From contig JBGAQA010000005.1 of the NCBI GenBank assembly GCA_044220955.1, positions 73,052 through 137,051 on the forward strand: a stretch of DNA of 64,000 nucleotides. The letters are read 5' to 3'. Positions within the stretch are counted from its first letter, which is position 1, and every line of letters starts with the position of its first letter. Positions 39,299 to 48,731 of the stretch are shown here, piece by piece. Made by a program: the position numbers and the translations under genes. Below the pieces are notes generated by a model, which was given only the letters and a program-made list of their open reading frames with translations, was not told the DNA's origin and made no database searches. Origin of the DNA: Sandaracinaceae bacterium (GTDB lineage: Bacteria > Myxococcota_A > Polyangia > Polyangiales > Sandaracinaceae).

Positions 39299-41701
39299 TC
39301 AATGCGGGCACGTCGCGACCCGTGCGCGGACGTCGCGCGCGTGCGCCCCGGTCGGGGCGGCCGCGATGTAGCGCCGCCCGAAGTCGCAGCGCTCGGGGCC
39401 GAGGTCGCCGAGGAGCGCGAGCCACCCCAGCGCCTCGACCGAGGGCGGCTGGCCCGCGAGCGCCGCGCGCAGGTGCGCCTCGGGATCGCGGCTCAGGTCT
39501 CCGTCGAGGTGCGCGAGGATCAGCGCGGCCTCCGACGACGTCGGATCGAGCTCGAGCGCGCGGTTCGCGAGGATCTCCGCGCGAGGCCGGGCCTGGTCGT
39601 GGACGGCGACCCAGCCCTGCGCGACGGCGATGAGCGACTGCTCCGCGGCGGAAAGAGGTGCGCCCGACTCGGTCGCGTCATCCTGTATCGACTCGACGGC
39701 CTGCTCGACGGGACGCTCGCGCCCGAGGTGCCCCATCGCGACCAGGCGCCAGAGCAGCGCCGTGCGGCGCGGCTCGGTCGTGCCTGTCGCGGCCTGGAGC
39801 TCGTTCATCGCGTCACCGAAGCGCTCTGCCTGGAAGTAGAGCCGCGCGAGCGCGAGGTGGAGATCGCCGTCGCGGCGCGCGGTCCGGAGCGCCGCGAGCA
39901 CCGCGCGCGTCCCGCCCTGACCTGCCTGGTTGCCCACGAGGATCCGGGCGCGCAGGTGCTCGATGTCGAGCGAGGCCAGGTGGGCGGCGTCGACGTGGGC
40001 GAGCGTGGCGGCCGCGGCGGCGAAGTCACCCGCCGCGACGTCGAGCGAGAGCAGTGGAGTGAGCGCCGTCGCGTCGGTCGCATCGAGCGAGACTGCGCGG
40101 GTCAGCGCGGCCCTCGCCTCGGCGTCGTGCCCCAGCGCCCGCTGCGCGAGCCCGAGGTCGCGGTGCAACGTCGCGTCGGTGTCGGCGTGCGTGATGGCCG
40201 CCGTCAGCGACTCGACCGCGGGCGCGTAGCGCTGTGCGGCGAGGTGGACGCGCCCGCGCGCTGCGAGCAGCGAGCCCTCGTCCGGATGGGCGGCGAGCGC
40301 GGCCTCGACGACGGTCAGCGCACGATCGCCTTGCCCCGCGGCCGAGAGCGCGAGCGCGGCGGCCGAGGCCACGCGCGGCCAACTCGCCCCCTCGGCCAGG
40401 CGCGGCTCGACGGCCGCGAGCGCCTCCGGACCGCGGCCCTCACGCACCTCGAGCAGCGCGAGATCGCAGGCCGCGACGATGCCGATCCAGGCCTCACCCG
40501 ATGCCTGCGCGAAGGACACGCGGGCGGGGTTCGGCGCGGCGTTCATGGCGGCGATGCGTCCCTCGATCCACGCGCGACGCGTACCCGCCGGCGTGCTCGC
40601 GATCGCGCTCGCGGCGGCGCCCGCGTCGTGGCCGGCGAGCGCGAGCAGCGCGTGCAGCCGCGCTCGCTCGCCGGGATCCGCCGTGACGTCGGCGGGCAGC
40701 GCGGCCACGATCGCCTGCGCCTCCTCGCGCGCGTCGATGAGGAGCCAGCCCTCGGCGATCATCATCCTCGAGAGCTCGCCGATCCCGGCCACGGCTGCGG
40801 CCTCCGTGAGAGACGTGCGCGCCGCGCTCGAGTCGCCCTCGATGGCGGCCACCAGGCCCAGCACGAGCACCGAGCGCGCGTGCTCGAACGGCGTCGCGTC
40901 CGCGGCGGCGATGACGGCCTGCGCCTCCTCGCGCGCTTCGCCGGGAGCGCGCCCGCGCCACACGGCGGCGAACGCGCGCGCCGCGTGCATGGCCGTCGCG
41001 CCTTCCTCGAACCCGACCGCCGGCGTCTCGACTCCGCCCTGCGCGCTGATCTCGACCAGGAGCGCCCGATGGCGCGGCGAGTCCGGCATGGCGTTCACCG
41101 CCGCCTGCGCCATCGACACCGCCTGCTGCATGCTGCCCGCGGCGGCCGCGACGAGCGCGAGGGCCCGCGCCGACTCCGCCGCGCGCGGGCCGGAGGGCTG
41201 CAGCGGCGCGACCTCGCGCAGCGCGGTCGTCACGTCTCCCGCGGCCAGCGCCAGGTACGTCGTCGCGATCCGGTGATCGCTCGCGCCGTCGCCCGTCGCG
41301 TCGTGCGCCGCGAGCAGCGCCTCGGCGCGCTCGCGATGTCCTGCCTCGCCCTCGAGCTCGGCCATCGCATGCAGGCGCGCCGCGAGCGCCGTGTCGCCGC
41401 CGCTCGTCGCCCCGTCGAGCTTGTCGATGGCATGCGCGATCGCCTCGAGGCGGCCGGTGCGCTCGGCCTCCGCGACCGCGGACGAGATCGCATGGCGATG
41501 CCACGCGTAGAGCGCGATCGCGACGACGACGACACTCGTGATGGCGCTGACGACGATCTTCGTCGCGCGCGCGCGACGCCGGCGCTCGGCCTCTTCCTTG
41601 GTGAGCGGGACCTCCTTGATGGTCGGGATCGCGGCGGCCGCGTTCCGGACCGAGAACATGTCGGAGGGCTCCCGCGGCGGCGGATTCGGAGGACCGTTCA
41701 T
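39299..41701 (-). CDS. Large membrane-anchored TPR-repeat protein
   Basis: One N-terminal TM helix (IVVSAITSVVVVAIALY) then about 700 aa of Ala-rich TPR-like helices; ATG overlaps the upstream stop. Confidence 0.75.
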   Translation of the reverse strand: MNGPPNPPPREPSDMFSVRNAAAAIPTIKEVPLTKEEAERRRRARATKIVVSAITSVVVVAIALYAWHRHAISSAVAEAERTGRLEAIAHAIDKLDGATSGGDTALAARLHAMAELEGEAGHRERAEALLAAHDATGDGASDHRIATTYLALAAGDVTTALREVAPLQPSGPRAAESARALALVAAAAGSMQQAVSMAQAAVNAMPDSPRHRALLVEISAQGGVETPAVGFEEGATAMHAARAFAAVWRGRAPGEAREEAQAVIAAADATPFEHARSVLVLGLVAAIEGDSSAARTSLTEAAAVAGIGELSRMMIAEGWLLIDAREEAQAIVAALPADVTADPGERARLHALLALAGHDAGAAASAIASTPAGTRRAWIEGRIAAMNAAPNPARVSFAQASGEAWIGIVAACDLALLEVREGRGPEALAAVEPRLAEGASWPRVASAAALALSAAGQGDRALTVVEAALAAHPDEGSLLAARGRVHLAAQRYAPAVESLTAAITHADTDATLHRDLGLAQRALGHDAEARAALTRAVSLDATDATALTPLLSLDVAAGDFAAAAATLAHVDAAHLASLDIEHLRARILVGNQAGQGGTRAVLAALRTARRDGDLHLALARLYFQAERFGDAMNELQAATGTTEPRRTALLWRLVAMGHLGRERPVEQAVESIQDDATESGAPLSAAEQSLIAVAQGWVAVHDQARPRAEILANRALELDPTSSEAALILAHLDGDLSRDPEAHLRAALAGQPPSVEALGWLALLGDLGPERCDFGRRYIAAAPTGAHARDVRARVATCPH

Positions 41702-42297
41702 CAGAGGTTCCATCCGATCTCGAGGCCCAGGAAGAAGGAGAGCTCGGCCTGCGCGAGCGGCCCGCCGAAATACGAGGGCACGCCCGGGTTGGTCAGCCCG
41801 ACGTCGTTCCCGAGCAAGATGGCGAACGTGAACGTGTTGCCGAGCCAGAAGCGCGCGCCGATCACCGTGGTCAGCGCTGCGTTCACGCCGAAGGGACGAG
41901 TGTTCGTGGGCGCGGCGAGCCCGATCGTCGATCCCAGCTGCAGGAGCAGTTGCGTGTCGCTTCCCGGGAAGAACGAGAGCTCGAACGTGGGCGTGGCGTT
42001 CACGCCCAAGATCACGCCCTCGAGGTCCGAGTAGCCGATCGAGAAGCCGAGCCGCGTGAACCCGAGCGCGAAGCCAGGCACGAGCGTCCCGATGACGTCG
42101 ATGCCCAGCCGCGCGAAGCCGTCGACCGCGCCCGAGTGCGTGTGGGCCTGCGCGCCGCCGATCGCGGAGACACCCACGTGGGCCGGGCGGTTCCGCACGT
42201 GATCGTCCCGGTAGTAGGTGAACTGTGCCGCCGCGCCGGCAGGCGCCAGCGCGAGCACGACGATCAGCCCGGCGCATGCTCTCGAAAGGGCGCGCAT
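41701..42297 (-). CDS. Small outer-membrane beta-barrel-like protein
   Basis: Signal peptide, alternating beta-strand pattern, C-terminal LGLEIGWNL. Confidence 0.6.
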   Translation of the reverse strand: MRALSRACAGLIVVLALAPAGAAAQFTYYRDDHVRNRPAHVGVSAIGGAQAHTHSGAVDGFARLGIDVIGTLVPGFALGFTRLGFSIGYSDLEGVILGVNATPTFELSFFPGSDTQLLLQLGSTIGLAAPTNTRPFGVNAALTTVIGARFWLGNTFTFAILLGNDVGLTNPGVPSYFGGPLAQAELSFFLGLEIGWNL

Positions 42298-42357
42298 CCG
42301 AGCCGGATGATACGCCGAACCAGATCGACGGGAGTGGCCGAAGCCGGGCTGACTCGA

Positions 42358-43884
42358 TCAGCCGGATCCGTCTCGATAGCTCTGGAGGGCGGCGGGGTCG
42401 TTCGCGACGGCTTTGGCCTCGTCGAAGTGCACCTCCCCTCGGCGCACGAGGTCCGCGAGGCTCCGCTCGAGGGTGATCATTCCGCTCTGGCGACCCGACT
42501 GCATCGCGCTCACGACCGTGCCGATCTTGCCCTCGCGCAGGCCACTGGCGACGCTGGCGCTCACCCGGAGCACCTCGAGGGCGAGCAGGCGCCCGTCGCC
42601 GCGCGCGCGCGGAACGAGGCGCTGGGCCACGACCGCGCGGAGCGCGTCGGCGAGCTGCCCGCGGATCTGGGCCTGCCTCCCCTCGGGATAGGTGTCCACG
42701 ATCCGCTCGATCGCGCTCGCGGCCGAGCGGCTGTGCAGGGTCGCGAGCACGAGGTGGCCCGTCTCGGCCGCCGTGAGCGCGAGCGAGATGCTCTCGGCGT
42801 CGCGCATCTCGCCGACGAGGATGACGTCCGGATCCTCGCGGAGCGCGTCGCGCAGGCCGGTCGCGAAGTCGGCGACGTCGCGCCCGATCTGGCGCTGCCG
42901 CACGAGCGAGCGCCCACGCGCACCGGTGAAGACGTACTCGACCGGATCCTCGAGCGTGACGAGCAGCACCGAGCGGCGACGCAAGACCTCACGCGCGAGC
43001 GCCGCGAGCGTGGTGCTCTTGCCCGAGCCGGTCGGTCCGCACACGAGGACGAGCCCATTCGGCAGCAGCACGAGGTCGCTCAGCAGACCCCCGTGGGCGA
43101 GCGCGTCGAGGGCGGGCGCCTCCGGCGGAAGGAGGCGCAGCGCCGCCGCGAGCCCCGACGACGCACGGTAAGCGTTGCCGCGGACGCGCGGCGCACGACC
43201 GCGCGGACCGAGCGGCTCCTCGGGGAGCGCGACGACGAAGTCGAACGAGCGCCCCTGCGCGATCTGGCTCCGCGCGCGCGCGTCGTAGATGCCGCCGAGC
43301 AGCGACGCGACGTCGACGGGGCCGTCCTCGACCAGCGCGGTGAGCGCGCCGTGCGTTCGGAGGGCCGGGGGCTCGCCCGTCGCGAGATGCACGTCGCTCG
43401 CGCCGGAGATGTGCGCCCGCACGAGCAGGGAGAGGAGCGCCTCGGAGGGCTCGCCCGGCGCGGTGTCGACCAGGTCTGTCGCGGGTGAGGGCGAGGGCGA
43501 GGGTAAGGGTGAGGGTGAGGGTGAGGGCGAGGGCGAGGGCGAGGGCGAGGGTGAGGGCGAGGCCTTCGGCGCCGTCTTGCCCCCGAGCGTGAACCCCGCG
43601 TCGAGCCCTCCGTCGCCGCGCACCTGGATCAGCACGCGGAACGTGCCGACGCCCGCGAGCTCGTGCGTCGCGTCGGCCCGGCCGCTCTCGCGCAGGCGCG
43701 CCTCGACGTCGGACGAGAGGATCCCGCCGAGCAGGTGCCGCAGCATGTCGTCGGGCGTCTTCGGCATCGAGAGGCGCTTCGGCGCCCCGGCGGAGAACAT
43801 CGCGGGCGCGCGATCCGTCCCGAGCCGGATCTCATCGGCGCCCTCGCGGTGCGCGAGCGAGAGAAGACTATCGACCGCGGCCAT
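42358..43884 (-). CDS. pilT: PilT/PilU-family type IV pilus ATPase with an extra N-terminal domain
   Basis: ASDVHL, GPTGSGKSTT, LEDPVEY, ALREDPDVILVGEMRD, AETGHLVLATLH, GMITLE. Confidence 0.88.
   Translation of the reverse strand: MAAVDSLLSLAHREGADEIRLGTDRAPAMFSAGAPKRLSMPKTPDDMLRHLLGGILSSDVEARLRESGRADATHELAGVGTFRVLIQVRGDGGLDAGFTLGGKTAPKASPSPSPSPSPSPSPSPSPLPSPSPSPATDLVDTAPGEPSEALLSLLVRAHISGASDVHLATGEPPALRTHGALTALVEDGPVDVASLLGGIYDARARSQIAQGRSFDFVVALPEEPLGPRGRAPRVRGNAYRASSGLAAALRLLPPEAPALDALAHGGLLSDLVLLPNGLVLVCGPTGSGKSTTLAALAREVLRRRSVLLVTLEDPVEYVFTGARGRSLVRQRQIGRDVADFATGLRDALREDPDVILVGEMRDAESISLALTAAETGHLVLATLHSRSAASAIERIVDTYPEGRQAQIRGQLADALRAVVAQRLVPRARGDGRLLALEVLRVSASVASGLREGKIGTVVSAMQSGRQSGMITLERSLADLVRRGEVHFDEAKAVANDPAALQSYRDGSG
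43483..43560 (-). repeat. Hexamer repeat encoding a (Pro-Ser)n linker in PilT
   Basis: About 13 GGGYGA units on the + strand. Confidence 0.85.
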
Positions 43885-43938
43885 CCGTCGCCTCGTTCCG
43901 ATGCCGAACCGTTCGGGTCGTCCCGGGCATTCCCGGGA

Positions 43939-45138
43939 TCATGGCGCCCCTCCGTCGACGCCCGCATCGTCGGTCGCCGCATCTTCCGTCGCCGCATCTT
44001 CCGTCGCCGCATCGTCGAGCGCGGCGTCTGCGTCGGTCGCCGCGTCCCCCGTCCCGGCGTCGTCTTCCTTGGGTCCCGCGTCGAGCCCGATCGTCCCCGC
44101 CGACGTCATCGCGGCCGCCGCCGCCTCGGCCACATCCTCGCACGCACGATCCTCGGCCGCGCGGCACACCGCGGCCTCGAGCCACTGGTGGAAGAGCGCG
44201 TTCTCGTCGTCACTGATCGTGTGCGTGACGCCCTCGAAGGGGACGAGCGTCGCGTCGAACCCGAGCCCGTCCAGCTGCTCGAAGAGCGCGCGCGTCGGCT
44301 CCATCGGGATCGTCGTGTCGGCCGTGCCGTGCATCGAGCGGATGCGCGGGTAGAAGAGGTCGTCGCGGCGGTAGCTCGGCACGAGCGGCGGCGGAAGCCA
44401 GCACGCGAGCGGGAACGCCTCGGCGAAGAGATCGTCGTGGTAGAGCGCCAGCGTGATCGTGAGCAGCCCGCCCTGCGAGAAGCCGGTGACGATCACGCGC
44501 CCCTTCGCGTGCCGCTCCGAGGCCAGCCCGCGCACGAGCGCCGCGAGGCGCGAGGCCTGCGCGAAGAGCGTCGAGCTGAGGCGGTCGACCAGGCCCTGCC
44601 CCACGTACACCGGCAGCCACTCGTAGCCCGTGCCGAGCGGATCCGGCGCCTGCGGCACGATCACGCGCACCGGGTGCGTGAGGCCGAGGAAGGGCCCGCC
44701 CGGGATCTGCGCGGAGCCGCCGCGGCCGTGCAGCACGACGATCATCGGCAGCGTGTCCTCGAAGCTCGCCTCGCCGATCACGACCTCGAGGAAGTAGATC
44801 CCGCCCTGCTGGTCCTGCCGCACATGAAACGTCGCCGTCTCGGGCGGCGGCTCCGGCAGCGGCGGCCCCGTGTCGACGAACGCCGTGTCGGGTCCCGCGT
44901 CGAGCGCGGCCGAGCCGGCGATGGTCGTGACCGCGTCCGAGCGCGTCAGCGCCTCGTGCAGCTCGGTCCCCGTCGGCGGCCAGGCGCCATCCACTTCTTC
45001 TTGCTCCTCCATCAGCGCGATCGCGATCGGGTGCGAGGCCGGCTCGCTCGGCTGAGCGAGCTCTCGGTAGAGGAACGCGCCGCCGAGCGCGAGCACGATG
45101 CCCACGAGCCCGATCTCGAGGATGCGGTCACGCGACAC
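43939..45138 (-). CDS. Phospholipase/carboxylesterase (alpha/beta hydrolase), membrane anchored
   Basis: VLHGRGG, GFSQGG, HGTADTTIP, GVTH catalytic triad; N-terminal TM helix; acidic DAATE-repeat tail. Confidence 0.85.
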   Translation of the reverse strand: MSRDRILEIGLVGIVLALGGAFLYRELAQPSEPASHPIAIALMEEQEEVDGAWPPTGTELHEALTRSDAVTTIAGSAALDAGPDTAFVDTGPPLPEPPPETATFHVRQDQQGGIYFLEVVIGEASFEDTLPMIVVLHGRGGSAQIPGGPFLGLTHPVRVIVPQAPDPLGTGYEWLPVYVGQGLVDRLSSTLFAQASRLAALVRGLASERHAKGRVIVTGFSQGGLLTITLALYHDDLFAEAFPLACWLPPPLVPSYRRDDLFYPRIRSMHGTADTTIPMEPTRALFEQLDGLGFDATLVPFEGVTHTISDDENALFHQWLEAAVCRAAEDRACEDVAEAAAAAMTSAGTIGLDAGPKEDDAGTGDAATDADAALDDAATEDAATEDAATDDAGVDGGAP

Positions 45139-45139
45139 G

Positions 45140-45583
45140 TCAGCGACCGAGCGTCCAGAAGCTGAAGGCGAGGAGCGGGAGCGCGAAGCACGCGAGGCCC
45201 ACGAGGTCGCTCGTCGTGACGGCGGGCTCCTTCTCGGCGAGCGCGTGCAGGCGCCGCTCGCGGGCGACGAGGAAGAGCGGGAAGGTCACACTGATCGCGA
45301 TCGCGAAGCCGAGCACGACGTAGACCCACACGAAGCGGACGCCGACGCGACGCGCCTCGATCACCATCCACGTCACGGCGGCGAGCCCGAAGAGGAAGAT
45401 GTCGATCGTGATCGACGTCGTCGCGTGGTTCACGAGGAGCGCGGGCCAGAACGTCGCGAATGCGGTCGCGAGCGTGACGTGCGTCTCCGCCGTGAACTCG
45501 AGGTTCTGGCGCCAGCAGGTGACGAGCGCGACCCCGGCGAGGAAGAGGTACCAGCGCGAGAGCCAGATCCGAGGTGTCGACAT
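45140..45583 (-). CDS. DUF2834-like membrane protein
   Basis: 4 TM helices; N.A..SI..D, WM..EARR.G, IAISVTFPLFL.ARE. Confidence 0.75.
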   Translation of the reverse strand: MSTPRIWLSRWYLFLAGVALVTCWRQNLEFTAETHVTLATAFATFWPALLVNHATTSITIDIFLFGLAAVTWMVIEARRVGVRFVWVYVVLGFAIAISVTFPLFLVARERRLHALAEKEPAVTTSDLVGLACFALPLLAFSFWTLGR

Positions 45584-45733
45584 CGCGGCAAGACTGACAC
45601 GGCCTCCGCGGCATCGCGCGTGCCGTGTTTCCTCGTTACATCGATCGGAGCGGGGCTTGTGCCCGTGGATCCGAGAAATACGGTGCTCGCCTCGTTGTTC
45701 TGTGGGGGAACGCGAGGGGGACGTGAAGCCGCC

Positions 45734-46585
45734 ATGACTGTCTGGGACTACCTGGTCGCCTGGCCGAACGTGCCCTTCACCGTCGCGGTGGGGGCCACGC
45801 TGCTCTTCGCGCTGGTGCAGGCGTCGGGGCTGGCCGGGCTGATCGGCGGACACGACGCGGACGGCGGGGATGCTGATGCGGACGCGGATGCCGACGTCGA
45901 TGGCGACGTCGATGCGGACGCGGACGCGGATGGAGACACGGACTCCGATGCGGACGGGGACGATGCTGACGGGGAGAACTGGGCGGTGAAGTTGGGCTCG
46001 TCTTTCGGGATGGGCCGGCTTCCGCTCTCGCTCCTCGTGCAGGTCTTCCTGGTCGTGTTCGGTGTGTGTGGCCTCTTGTTGAACGTGGCCTTCGTGAGCT
46101 CGGGTGCGATTCCGTTCTGGACGCTGTTCTATTCGTTGCCCATCGCGACCCTCGTCGCGCTGGCCTCGGACGCAGCGATGACGCGCGTGCTCGCGCCCAT
46201 CGTGGACGACAAGCTCCAGGCGGCGACCAAGCGCTCGGCGCTGGTCGGCTCGATCGCCACCGTGATCTCGCGACAGGTGACGGAGGAGTTCGGTGAGGTG
46301 CGTATCCGGGATCGAAGCGGTCACGACCTGCGCTTGGTCGTGAAGATGGCGAAGGACGGCGCGGGCGAGGCGCTGCGGGAGGGCCAGGAGGTCCTCGTCG
46401 TGGACGTCGATGCACGCGGCACGCCCCTCGTCAGCGCCCTCGACCTCGTGGCGGCGCGCGCCCTGCCCGACTCGACTCCGTACGCTGTGTCTCTCGAGGG
46501 TCTGAGCGACCCTCGCCCCGTGCCGAGTAAATCGGTCACGGGGCCCCACTCCCCTCCGTCTCCTCGCTCCGCTCGTCGCGTCTGA
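45734..46585 (+). CDS. YqiJ/NfeD-like membrane protein with a C-terminal OB fold (DUF1449-like)
   Basis: NVPF.VA, acidic DADAD loop, G.GRLPL, TM helices, LVG..A.V....GEVRI.D..G..L OB fold; upstream of the flotillin. Confidence 0.8.
   Translation: MTVWDYLVAWPNVPFTVAVGATLLFALVQASGLAGLIGGHDADGGDADADADADVDGDVDADADADGDTDSDADGDDADGENWAVKLGSSFGMGRLPLSLLVQVFLVVFGVCGLLLNVAFVSSGAIPFWTLFYSLPIATLVALASDAAMTRVLAPIVDDKLQAATKRSALVGSIATVISRQVTEEFGEVRIRDRSGHDLRLVVKMAKDGAGEALREGQEVLVVDVDARGTPLVSALDLVAARALPDSTPYAVSLEGLSDPRPVPSKSVTGPHSPPSPRSARRV
45853..45970 (+). repeat. Low-complexity Asp-Ala/Asp-Gly repeat
   Basis: Encodes DADGGDADADADADVDGDVDADADADGDTDSDADGDDAD. Confidence 0.75.
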
Positions 46586-46670
46586 ACGAGGTGCGCGTCC
46601 AGGTGCTCCGGAGGGACCTCCACGTGGGGCTCCCGCCGCAGCACGTGCACATGCACGAAGGAGGATCCTC

Positions 46671-48731
46671 ATGTTTGCTCTCACCACCCAGCACCTGGTC
46701 GTCATCGGCGCGTGCATCGCGCTCGCGGCCATCGCGATGGTCGTGCTCACCACCTTGTCGAGGTTCTATCGACGCTGCGGCGCAGACGAAGCGCTCGTAC
46801 GCACCGGTAGCGGCGGCAACAAGGTCGTCATCGGCGGCGGCGTCATCGTGATGCCGGTGCTGCACCAGCTCTCCCGCGTCTCGCTCCGGAGCGTGAAGCT
46901 CTCGGTCGAGCGCGCGGGTCGCAACGCGCTGGTCACGGCGGACAAGATCAAGGCGAACGTCGAGACGGAGCTCTACGTGAAGGTGGAGCCTCTGGCCGAC
47001 GACGTGCTCGCGTGCGCGCGCAGCTTCGGCGAGCGCTCGCTCGACGAGAACGCCATCGCCGAGCTCATCGAGGGCAAGCTCACCGACGCGCTTCGGAGCG
47101 TGGCGGCGAACCAGACCTTCATGTCGCTCCACAGCCAGCGCAAGGAGTTCGCGGAGATGATCCAGGCGGCTCTGAGCGAGGAGCTCAAGAAGAACGGCCT
47201 CACGCTCGAGAACGTGTCGATCACGTCGCTCAGCATGGTGCCCGTCAGCGAGCTCGATCCTTCGGACGTGTTCGACGCCGAGGGCCTCCGTGCGATCACG
47301 GAGTCCGTCACGACGAACCGCGAGAAGACCAACCAGATCCAGCGCGAGAAGGAGACGCAGATCCAGGCCCAGAACGTGGCGGCCAAGATGCGCTCTCTCG
47401 AGCTCGAGCAGTCGCAGCAGCAGGCCGAGGCGGATCAGCAGCGCAAGGTCGCGGAGTACGCCGCGATCCAGTCGGCCGAGACGGCGAAGGCCGTCTACAC
47501 CCAGGAGGAAGCGCGTGAGCGCGCGGCCTACGAGAAGCAGGCCATGGTCGAGAAGGCCCGCATCACGCAGGAGCAGCAGATCGCGGTCGCGCAGGCCGAC
47601 CGGGTCCGCGCGGAGCGCGAGGCGCAGATTGCGTCCGAGAAGGCCCAGCAGACGGCCGAGATCGAGAAGCAGTCCGTGCTGCAGGCGGCCGAGATCGCCC
47701 GTCAGAAGGCGCTGGAAGCGGCCACCATCGAGAAGGAGAAGGTCGTCGGCGCTTCGCTGATCGTGAAGGAGCAGGCGATCGAGACCGCGCGCATCGGCAA
47801 GCTCGTGGCCATCACCAGGAGCGAGGAAGAGGTCGCGCGCGCCGCGGCCGCCAAGGCCCTGGCCAAGGCGGACGAGGAGCGCGCCAAGCAGGCGATCCTC
47901 ACCGTCGAGGCGACGGCCACGGCCGAGCGTTCGAAGGAGATCGCGGCCATCGAGGCTGCCGCGAAGGCGGCGGTCGAGCGGGAGCTGGCGGAGGCGCAGA
48001 TCGCGCGCGCCCGCGGTGAGGCGGGCGTGGTGCAGGCGGCGGCCGATGCGCGTGCGAACGAGCGTCGTGCGGCAGCCCAGGCGGAGGCGGACACGCACCT
48101 GGTGATCGCGGAGGCGCGAGTCCAGGCGGCGGAGCGCGAGGCACGAGCGATCGTGATGCTCGCGGACGCGGAGGGCACGCGCGCGGAGCGCCAGGCCGAG
48201 GCGCGTCGCAAGCTGGTCGAGGCGGAGAACGCCGTGTCGGACAAGATGATCCTGCGCGACGTGAGCCTGAAGGCGCTCGAGGTTCTGCCGGACGTGACGC
48301 GCGAGCTCATGAGCCCGGCGGCGAAGATCTCGGAGATCAAGGTGCTCCAGACGAACGGGCTCGGCATGGGCGGCAACGCCGGTGGCATGGGCGCGCTCGG
48401 CGGGATGAGCCCGATCCTCAAGACCATCATGGAGGCCGGCGCGGCGTATCCGCTCGTTCGCGAGCTGATGAGCTTCGGCGGCGTGGACGCGGGCAAGGTC
48501 GAGGACGAGATCAAGAAGGTCCTCGGCTCGCTCGGCACCGAGGTGAGCCACGCGCTCACCGCGGACACCAAGAAGGACGAGGCGGCGGCGGCGAAGCCCG
48601 AGGCCGCGAGCGGGGACGACCTGCTCGTGGTCGAGGACGACGACGACGACGCGGTCGTGGCGACCCCCACGACCCCGCCCCCCGCGCCGAAGGCGAACGG
48701 CCACCTGCCGGGCGCAGTGGTGCGCGGATGA
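46671..48731 (+). CDS. Flotillin/SPFH (YqiK-like) protein
   Basis: AAGGAGG SD; TM helix, FYRR...EALVRTG.GG.KVVIGGG, KLTDALRSVAA, NGLTLENVSITSL, FDAEGL, long AEA coiled coil, ISEIKVLQ. Confidence 0.92.
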   Translation: MFALTTQHLVVIGACIALAAIAMVVLTTLSRFYRRCGADEALVRTGSGGNKVVIGGGVIVMPVLHQLSRVSLRSVKLSVERAGRNALVTADKIKANVETELYVKVEPLADDVLACARSFGERSLDENAIAELIEGKLTDALRSVAANQTFMSLHSQRKEFAEMIQAALSEELKKNGLTLENVSITSLSMVPVSELDPSDVFDAEGLRAITESVTTNREKTNQIQREKETQIQAQNVAAKMRSLELEQSQQQAEADQQRKVAEYAAIQSAETAKAVYTQEEARERAAYEKQAMVEKARITQEQQIAVAQADRVRAEREAQIASEKAQQTAEIEKQSVLQAAEIARQKALEAATIEKEKVVGASLIVKEQAIETARIGKLVAITRSEEEVARAAAAKALAKADEERAKQAILTVEATATAERSKEIAAIEAAAKAAVERELAEAQIARARGEAGVVQAAADARANERRAAAQAEADTHLVIAEARVQAAEREARAIVMLADAEGTRAERQAEARRKLVEAENAVSDKMILRDVSLKALEVLPDVTRELMSPAAKISEIKVLQTNGLGMGGNAGGMGALGGMSPILKTIMEAGAAYPLVRELMSFGGVDAGKVEDEIKKVLGSLGTEVSHALTADTKKDEAAAAKPEAASGDDLLVVEDDDDDAVVATPTTPPPAPKANGHLPGAVVRG

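Noticed and set aside
43483..43560. Hexamer repeat as a phase-variation switch
   Set aside because: The unit length is a multiple of three and the copies are degenerate, so slippage would change only linker length.
46586..46670. Possible structured RNA between the yqiJ-like gene and flotillin
   Set aside because: Only weak GC pairing that is expected by chance; no recognisable riboswitch motif.
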